Assembly (NCBI GenBank): GCA_021811085.1
Contig: JAJZPQ010000002.1
Coordinates: 132,698-196,697, forward strand
Direction: 5' to 3'
DNA from: Pseudomonadota bacterium
GTDB taxonomy: Bacteria > Pseudomonadota > Gammaproteobacteria > Burkholderiales > SG8-39
Length of the DNA stretch: 64,000 nucleotides
The notes beneath the pieces are model-generated. The model had not been told where the DNA came from. It did not search any database and worked only from the letters and a program-made list of their open reading frames with translations. This document shows positions 49,602 to 56,007 of the stretch, one piece after another. A program made the translations under genes and the position numbers. Every line of letters starts with the position of its first letter. Position 1 is the stretch's first letter.

Positions 49602-50045
49602 ATCCAGACTCCCGGAGCTGATGCCGGGCGCGTATCTGCAGAACGACAAAGCCGCCGTCGATGCCGAACTCGCGGCAGACGATTACATCCGGCAGACCTA
49701 TCTCGGTGTTGCATGAATGCCTCGACCCGCAGGCATGGACGCGGCTTGGCCCTGGATCAACGAACGCAAGATTCCGGGATAGCGGCGCCAAGCGATGCAC
49801 TTGTTTCGCAGTAAATCCAGTGTCGCACCTTCGTCTTCACCAACCCACCTTGGGCCGCTATCTGCCGCAAAGCGAACGAATTATCCGACGGCTTAAGGGG
49901 TCGTGTTTCGGCCAGAACCGACATTGGCTAAGCTTCCCCATAAAACATAGACACGCGCAGTGGAAGCAACATCGGTCTCAGCCCCACGGGACGGCGCGCA
50001 AATCAGATTGGCCTTGCGCCTCCACGAAGGTGTCTGAGCCTAGAG

Positions 50046-50082
50046 AACCCAGTTCTGGGTTGACTTAACCCATATCTGGGCT
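50046..50082 (+). promoter_or_regulatory. Two operator-like 16-bp dyads (AACCCA-N4-TGGGYT) spaced 21 bp apart
   Basis: Dyad 1 is AACCCAGTTCTGGGTT (50046-50061), with perfect 7-bp arms. Dyad 2 is AACCCATATCTGGGCT (50067-50082), 5/6 in the right arm. Dyad 1 abuts or overlaps the -35; dyad 2 fills the promoter spacer. Confidence 0.45.
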
Positions 50083-50088
50083 CATTAT
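50060..50088 (+). promoter_or_regulatory. Candidate sigma70 promoter placing the transcription start at or next to the ATG (leaderless mRNA)
   Basis: TTGACT (50060-50065, 5/6), a 17-nt spacer, CATTAT (50083-50088, 4/6 with A2 and T6), then 6 nt (ATCCAG) to the ATG at 50095. No Shine-Dalgarno sequence before that ATG. Confidence 0.5.
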
Positions 50089-50094
50089 ATCCAG

Positions 50095-50571
50095 ATGAAG
50101 ACGCGAAAACTTACTGCCTCAGATGTTTGCGAGGTCACAGGATATAGCAGGGATCAACTCAAAGCGCTGCTAAAAGGGGTGCCCACTTGGTCTCCCGCGC
50201 CGAGCGCACGCGTAGCGAGGGAATTCTTGCCGCATGACTTGATCGTGCTCGGAGTGGTTCGGGCTCTTGACAGCCGCGTAGGCATGCGGCGCAAGCAGAT
50301 AGGATTGATGCTTCCAAAATTGCGGCAAGCGTTACTTGGCCCGCGGGAAGTGGATAGGTCCGCCTATCTGGCGATCTCGTTCAATCCACTGCATGTCGAG
50401 TACGTCAGCGAAAAGACTTCAATTAGGGAAGGAGTCATGGTTTCGCTTGAGCCCATTTTCGACCGCGTCGACGGTTACCTTGGTGCGGCTCAATCTTGGA
50501 ACGCGTCCCAAGAGAACCTTCGGCTTCCGCTCGGCGCGGTTCGATCCCGTCGACGTAAAGCCGCCGGGTAA
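50095..50571 (+). CDS. MerR/excisionase-like HTH protein, putative regulator of the islet operon
   Basis: 158 aa. LTASDVCEVTGYSRDQLKALLK followed by FLPHDLIVLGVVRALDSRVGMRRKQIG resembles the MerR-type HTH + wing layout. The C-terminal ~80 aa are unassigned. 14 nt upstream of the methyltransferase. Confidence 0.55.
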   Translation: MKTRKLTASDVCEVTGYSRDQLKALLKGVPTWSPAPSARVAREFLPHDLIVLGVVRALDSRVGMRRKQIGLMLPKLRQALLGPREVDRSAYLAISFNPLHVEYVSEKTSIREGVMVSLEPIFDRVDGYLGAAQSWNASQENLRLPLGAVRSRRRKAAG

Positions 50572-50585
50572 GAAAGTCCAGTACG

Positions 50586-53540
50586 ATGAACGCCGCGCCG
50601 CTCCAACGAGTCCTCGAAGCAACTGGCTTCTTTCCGGATGGAGAACCTGCGCGCGGACTTCAGTTAGCCGCCAAGGCCCGTGAACGTCGTGGGCGGGTAT
50701 TTTCGCCCGATGCATCCTGGCGAAGCCCTTCCGCACTCAAGGTCTACTTCAAGTTCGAACCGAGCATACCTTTGAACAGCGTCATCGGTGAATGGCGCCG
50801 CGAGATCTGGAACGAAGGATTCTCACCACTATTGTGGATTGTCTCACCGGACAAAATTGAGCTTTTCAATGGTTTTGGCGAGCCGATGGAAAGCGGTGAT
50901 GCTGAGGCCAACCGGATCGCTACCTTTCGAAACATCGATTCTGAACTTCGTGAGCTGGATGCCCTAGCAGGTCGTGTGGCACTTGAGACGGGTCAGTCCT
51001 GGCGTCAAATGCCACAGATCGACCGGAAGTCGAGCGTCGACCAGAGACTACTGTCCGATTTGGCGCACCTGGAACACGATTTAGTTGAGATGAATCTCGA
51101 TAGGCACGCGGCTCAGGCACTAATCGGCAGGACCATATTCACGCAATATCTCATCGACCGTGGAATCGTTAGTTCCTTGCGGCTCAAGAAGCTGACCGGA
51201 CATTCGACACTTCCGCCAATACTTCGAGACCGAAATGCTACTGCCCGGCTCTTTGCGTGGCTAAGCGAGACGTTCAACGGCGACATGTTCCCGCCATCTT
51301 CAGCAACGAACACTCCACGCACCTCCTACTTGGGCCGAGTAGCAGATTTTCTCGCCGCAACCGATCCGGTCTCGGGGCAAACTTCATTCTTTCCTTATCA
51401 ATTTGACGTGATCCCCGTTGAGTTGATTAGTTCGATCTACGAGCAGTTCGCCCACTCGGCTTCCGAATCCAAGGCCGGCGTAGACGCTCGAAAGCATGGA
51501 ATTCACTACACGCGGCTCTCCGCAGTCTCGTTGGTCCTTGACGAGGTCATGAATGGACTCACGGGACGGGAAAGTGTGCTCGATTTGACCTGCGGTTCCG
51601 GGGTTTTCCTTGTCGAGGCGTTGCGCCGGCTCGTTGCGCTGCAAACTCCTGATGGAAGTCCGTCGCGCGATGTAATCCGGAAGACGCTTTATCAGCAGGT
51701 TTACGGAATCGATCTGAGCGAGGCCGCGATTCGGGTTGCGGCATTCAGTTTGTACCTTTCGGCGCTTGAGCTGGACCCAGATCCGCATCCCCCAGAGGAA
51801 CTCAAGTTCGATCCTCTAGTTAATCGAACGCTTTTTGCGGGAAACGCTCACACAATCGAGCTAACTCGAGAAGGCGCGGCGCGGCTCACGGAAGATGGCG
51901 CCCTGAAAAAGTTCGATCTAATCGTAGGTAACCCGCCTTGGAGCTTCAAAGGCAAACGTGGGACAGCTGCCAGACGCAAAGGTCGAGCCCACGGTGTGCC
52001 CGCGCAACCGCGCGGTGAAGGGCTGGATTTTCTTCATCGCGCAATAGCGTTTTCGCACGAGAGAACCAGATTCGGGGTGATTCTTAACGCAATGTCGTTT
52101 TTCAGTGGGAGTGCCACTGGCATCGCGGCCGCAAAGCACGTTCTGCGTCTTCTGGCTCCTGTCACTTTAGTAAATCTGTCCTCGCTATCTGGCTGGTTGT
52201 TCGCCACAGCGAGTGCGCCAGCGGTCGTCCTTTACGCGCGGCATCGCGCGCAACGACCTGATCAATTGACAGTTGTCCAAGTACCTTGGTCGGCCGCTGG
52301 TACCCGGACACACACGTTCGAGGTTTCACGGAGTGATGTCATACGGCTAACACTCGCGGAGGTCGAGAAGAATCCGTTCAAACTCAAGGCGGCTGCAGTG
52401 GGCCGGCGCCGCGATCTGGCACTTCTCGACGATCTCGGCTCTTCGTTCTCCACGTTGGCCGCACAGCTTACCTTGTTCCAAACCAAACTGAGCGATGGGC
52501 TTACCCACGGTTCACCAAGTAATCAGACTCGCGATGCGCGCGCCCTGAAGGGGCTTGAGGTACTCGACGCCAAAAATATCAGGCCGATGTCAATTCCAGA
52601 CTCTCTCCCGCGCTTTACGCTGTTAAGAGCTCAGTGGCCTCGGACACAAGAGACGTATCGCGCTCCACTCGTGATTATCAAGGAAATGGTTGGAGACAAT
52701 GCCCGGGCAATAGCGGCCGTATCTGAGCGAGACCTTATTTTTACTGATGCATTTTTCGGCGTGTCTCTGCCCAAGAGTTATGCTCCAATCGCGCATCTTC
52801 TCGTCGCGGTGTTGAGCTCATCGGTCGCGTCGTGGTTCTTCACAATGACTGCTTCTGAATTCGCGATCTGGAAGCGGAAACTCCTGATTCGGGACGTGAA
52901 TCTCTTGCCGATCCCGGATCTTAAGGCGGCCGCGGCATCTTCCGTTGGCAAGCAGCTATTGCGTCTGTCGAGGAAGATGCATGGGCAAGTCGGAGGCGCC
53001 GATGATTGGGCTGCCTTAGACCTAGCGGTATTCGATCTTTATGGGCTTGATGACGCAGACCGCGCAGTGGTGCAAGACGGTTGGTTCCGAGCAAGCTGGC
53101 AATGGCAGGCCGGAAGGGAAGCATCCGTGTCGGCTGCAAGCATCGACTTGGATCTCCCCAACTACGCTCGACTATTTCTATCCGTGGTTTCAGGCTGGCT
53201 TTCTATTCGGAATGAACAGCATATGCGCGCGGAGATTTTCGACGTGCCAGCGCGAAATGCACTGCGAGTCATCAGATTTATACTTGAACCAGGATCAGGA
53301 CCGTCCAGCATCAATGTGGTTCAAGTCAACTGCGAACTTAACGAGGTGCTAGCGAACATTGGCAAGCGGCTCAATGTAAAAATCGCCAGCGCATTGAGCG
53401 CGAGCCGGGAGCTACGCGTCCATGGCAGAAACGAGGTCGTCATCGTGAAGCCGTCGGCTCGTCGCTATTGGATGGGCGTTTGCGCCCTCGATGATGCTGA
53501 TGCCGTGGTGGCTGAAAGCCTCGCCGGTACCGCTGAATGA
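50586..53540 (+). CDS. Large gamma-class N6-adenine DNA methyltransferase with MmeI/Eco57I-like layout (unassigned N-domain, helical connector, MTase, large C-terminal specificity region)
   Basis: 984 aa. ELISSIYEQF (res ~279-288). Motif X HGIHYTRLSAVSLVLDEV. Motif I VLDLTCGSGVFL (res 331-342, nt 51576-51611). Motif IV NPPW (res 449-452, nt 51930-51941). Connector LIGRTIFTQYLIDRGI (res ~179-194). About 430 aa after the MTase core have no motif I recognise. Confidence 0.85.
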   Translation: MNAAPLQRVLEATGFFPDGEPARGLQLAAKARERRGRVFSPDASWRSPSALKVYFKFEPSIPLNSVIGEWRREIWNEGFSPLLWIVSPDKIELFNGFGEPMESGDAEANRIATFRNIDSELRELDALAGRVALETGQSWRQMPQIDRKSSVDQRLLSDLAHLEHDLVEMNLDRHAAQALIGRTIFTQYLIDRGIVSSLRLKKLTGHSTLPPILRDRNATARLFAWLSETFNGDMFPPSSATNTPRTSYLGRVADFLAATDPVSGQTSFFPYQFDVIPVELISSIYEQFAHSASESKAGVDARKHGIHYTRLSAVSLVLDEVMNGLTGRESVLDLTCGSGVFLVEALRRLVALQTPDGSPSRDVIRKTLYQQVYGIDLSEAAIRVAAFSLYLSALELDPDPHPPEELKFDPLVNRTLFAGNAHTIELTREGAARLTEDGALKKFDLIVGNPPWSFKGKRGTAARRKGRAHGVPAQPRGEGLDFLHRAIAFSHERTRFGVILNAMSFFSGSATGIAAAKHVLRLLAPVTLVNLSSLSGWLFATASAPAVVLYARHRAQRPDQLTVVQVPWSAAGTRTHTFEVSRSDVIRLTLAEVEKNPFKLKAAAVGRRRDLALLDDLGSSFSTLAAQLTLFQTKLSDGLTHGSPSNQTRDARALKGLEVLDAKNIRPMSIPDSLPRFTLLRAQWPRTQETYRAPLVIIKEMVGDNARAIAAVSERDLIFTDAFFGVSLPKSYAPIAHLLVAVLSSSVASWFFTMTASEFAIWKRKLLIRDVNLLPIPDLKAAAASSVGKQLLRLSRKMHGQVGGADDWAALDLAVFDLYGLDDADRAVVQDGWFRASWQWQAGREASVSAASIDLDLPNYARLFLSVVSGWLSIRNEQHMRAEIFDVPARNALRVIRFILEPGSGPSSINVVQVNCELNEVLANIGKRLNVKIASALSASRELRVHGRNEVVIVKPSARRYWMGVCALDDADAVVAESLAGTAE

Positions 53541-54199
53541 AACTGCCCGACGAGGCCCCGGCGGCGCTCGGCCACGAGTTTATTGCGCTATCTACGGACG
53601 TCACTGTCGCGATACTCACTATTCTGACCGCTGGATGGCGCCGTGCGAAAGCATACCGCGACGTAAATACGCAGGCTGGTGAGGTACCTGTCACAGAGCG
53701 TCTTCGGGACGGTATGAGACAAGCGCTCAAGCTGGATGGATATCCGTGGGCCAAGATGCTCTTGGTGCTACCCGGAACGGAGGCGCGATCACGGGAAGCG
53801 CTTGTTCCAGATGGTCGGACCGATATCCCGCTCGTATGGCTTGAGATTTTTCTTCGGCACGGCGAGCATGATCCGCATGCGATCGTTGAATGTAAGCGGA
53901 TCGCTGGCTCGGACACATCCCTTTGCCGCGAATATGTGATCGAAGGCATAGACCGGTTCCGGTCCGGCAAGTATGGGTTCAATCACGCTGTCGGCTTTAT
54001 GGTCGGATATTTGCTTTGTGGCACCGATGCAGAGGCGGTCGCGGGTATCAATGGCTATTTAAACCGGCAAGGCCGCACTGATGAAGAGCTTCGCAGCTCG
54101 GGTTCGGCAGCAGCGACGTGGGCTAGTCGTCATGGCCGAGCTTCCTCCTCCGCAATTTCGCTGCACCATATGTTCTTTGAGCTCGCAACAGTGATGTGA
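53537..54199 (+). CDS. Mrr-like PD-(D/E)xK nuclease (putative restriction endonuclease partner)
   Basis: 220 aa. Helix VTERLRDGMRQALKLDGY (E54), then VPDGRTDIPLVW (P91-D92, D96), then AIVECKRIAG (E118-C-K120, nt 53888-53896): the classic E...PD...ExK order. The ATG overlaps the methyltransferase stop (ATGA at 53537-53540). Confidence 0.6.
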   Translation: MKLPDEAPAALGHEFIALSTDVTVAILTILTAGWRRAKAYRDVNTQAGEVPVTERLRDGMRQALKLDGYPWAKMLLVLPGTEARSREALVPDGRTDIPLVWLEIFLRHGEHDPHAIVECKRIAGSDTSLCREYVIEGIDRFRSGKYGFNHAVGFMVGYLLCGTDAEAVAGINGYLNRQGRTDEELRSSGSAAATWASRHGRASSSAISLHHMFFELATVM

Positions 54200-54592
54200 T
54201 AAATCAGAACAGAGCTTATCCTGAGTCGGTGTGGGGGGCGAAGATTAGCGACCCTAAACCTGGGCTTCGTTGCAACGGCTGCGAGACAAGTCCAAGATGT
54301 TGGGAATGATCGCTTTGGGTCGGATACGGCCGGTTAATCAAGCGTGATCGAGGTCCGCCCCTGGCGGCAAAGCGATTACGGCACCAATACGAGGACCGCC
54401 GCCCTGTTTGCTCGCAGACAGGAAAATCGCGAGAGGGGAAAAGCCCTAAACTCCGCGTCCCTCCTCGCTCTGCGGCCGATTCCCCGCCGAACTTTGAGCG
54501 CGTAGCCCGCCCTCTCCCGCCTCACCGGGAGAGGAATTTCCCGTCCTGACTTTTCTCCGGCGCCCGTACCTGGCGCTTTGCCCCTCGGGGAA

Positions 54593-55297
54593 TCAGCGTC
54601 CCGCGCCGCGGCTGCGCACCAGCTGGTACGGCCGCAGCAGGTAGAACACCGAGGCGAAGCCGCTCCAGATATGCACCAGGCGCGTGAACGGAAACAGCAG
54701 GAAGATCGTGAGGCCGATGGTCAGGTGCAGCTTGAACACGATCGAGGCGCCGGCGATGAGGTCTGCCGCTCCCGAGCGGAAGGTCCAGATGCGCTGCGCC
54801 CAATCCATCAGTTTCAGCATCTCCGAGCCGTCGAGGTGCTGCGCCGAGACCGGGATCGTGGCGAGACCGATCAGGACCTGCACCAGGAACAACACGAGCA
54901 CCAGGATATCGCTCGGTTTGCTGGTGGCGCGAATGCGCGCGTCGCCGAGACGGCGCAGCAGCAGAATCAGCAATCCCGCGGTCAGGATCACCCCGAAAAT
55001 TCCTCCCGCGATCATCGCTGTCAGTTGCTTTTCGCTCGCCGGTACTCCCAGAAAGTTCCACACCGCGTGCGGCGTGAGCAGGCCGCCGAGGTGGCCGAAG
55101 AAAATGCCAAGGATGCCGATGTGGAACAGGTTCGACCCCCATCTGAGCTGGCCATGGCGCAGCAACTGGGACGAATCGCTCTTCCAGGTGTACTGCTCGC
55201 GGTCGAAGCGGATCAGGCTGCCGAGGAAAAACACCACCAGGCAGATGTACGGGTAATAGCCGAACAGGAACTGGTTCAGATAGGCGTTGAGGTCCAT
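54593..55297 (-). CDS. narI: Respiratory nitrate reductase gamma subunit
   Basis: 234 aa. MDLNAYLNQFLFGYYPYICLVVFFLGSLIRFDREQYTWKSDSSQLL, with haem-ligand His in the TM helices. Confidence 0.93.
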   Translation of the reverse strand: MDLNAYLNQFLFGYYPYICLVVFFLGSLIRFDREQYTWKSDSSQLLRHGQLRWGSNLFHIGILGIFFGHLGGLLTPHAVWNFLGVPASEKQLTAMIAGGIFGVILTAGLLILLLRRLGDARIRATSKPSDILVLVLFLVQVLIGLATIPVSAQHLDGSEMLKLMDWAQRIWTFRSGAADLIAGASIVFKLHLTIGLTIFLLFPFTRLVHIWSGFASVFYLLRPYQLVRSRGAGR

Positions 55298-55311
55298 GCG
55301 TGGCTCCTGAT

Positions 55312-55989
55312 TCAGGGGTTCTTGGGTACGAAGCGGATGAATTGCGGGCGCGACTGCTGCGCGCCCTGTGCCGCGGCCGCATTAAGACCGGCCGGCGGGC
55401 CGAACTCCACCGGAGTCTCGTCCCAATCCTCATCCAGGGATGGCGCCGCCTGCGCCTTGCCCGGGCGCTGGGCCTTAGCCAGCGGCGCCGCGCCGTGCAG
55501 GTCCAGCAGTGCGGCGAAAACCGCTGCATAGGGGCTGCCGCCTGCGGCCAGACGCTCGCCGATGGCGCGCAGGATATGCACGCAGTCCTCGAGCAAGTCG
55601 TGCACGTCCGCGGCCGGCCGCGTCGCCAGATATTCCAGCAGCGCCGGCAGATAGTCCGGCAGTTCGTTCACTGCGAGTACGAAACCCGAGCGCCGGTACA
55701 AGGCGTTGAGGTCCACCATCGCCTGGCCGCGATCGCGCGAGTCGCCGTGCACGTGCTCGAACAGGTGCAGCGAAGTCGAGCGTCCGGCGTCGAATTGCGC
55801 CACGTAGCGCTCCTGCAGATCGAGCAGATCCTCGCGTTTGAGTTCGGCCAGCAGTCCGGCAAGGTCATCTTGGGTCGCTCCGCGCAGCGCGGGTTCCGCG
55901 CCCAGCCTGCGCGCGATCTCGGGCAGCGCGGTCACCAGTTCCTCCGAGGGATAGCTGAGCAGGACCGCAAGCAGTTTGAGGTTCTTCAT
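55312..55989 (-). CDS. narJ: Nitrate reductase molybdenum cofactor assembly chaperone
   Basis: 225 aa. LKLLAVLLSYPSEELV, YVAQFDAGRSTSLHLFEHVHGDSRDRGQAMVDL. Sits between narH and narI. Confidence 0.88.
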   Translation of the reverse strand: MKNLKLLAVLLSYPSEELVTALPEIARRLGAEPALRGATQDDLAGLLAELKREDLLDLQERYVAQFDAGRSTSLHLFEHVHGDSRDRGQAMVDLNALYRRSGFVLAVNELPDYLPALLEYLATRPAADVHDLLEDCVHILRAIGERLAAGGSPYAAVFAALLDLHGAAPLAKAQRPGKAQAAPSLDEDWDETPVEFGPPAGLNAAAAQGAQQSRPQFIRFVPKNP

Positions 55990-56007
55990 CTTGTCATCTC
56001 CTGGCGA

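Larger units (their letters stand above)
49800..54450. other. Low-GC genomic islet carrying a three-gene HTH / DNA methyltransferase / nuclease operon
   Basis: Hand counts of 60-nt lines: 48% (50101), 55% (51061) and 55% (53701) GC inside, versus 65% (20041) and 77% (30001) outside. Boundaries are approximate. No integrase, transposase, tRNA or obvious direct repeats at the edges. Confidence 0.55.

Noticed and set aside
49621-49716. 31-codon ORF (MPGAYLQNDKAAVDAELAADDYIRQTYLGVA) just after the CoA-transferase, with backbone-like GC3
   Set aside because: It could be a gene remnant at the islet junction or a micro-protein. It is too short, has no recognisable motif and no clear RBS, so it cannot be supported from sequence alone.
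49661-50068. 135-aa plus-strand ORF in the left flank of the islet
   Set aside because: The translation is Arg/Ser/Pro/His-rich with no motif and no RBS. It runs into the promoter/operator region of the HTH gene. Probably non-coding.
54522-55529. 335-aa minus-strand ORF spanning the narI/narJ junction
   Set aside because: Out of frame with narI and narJ, which are both well supported. Pro/Arg-rich translation.
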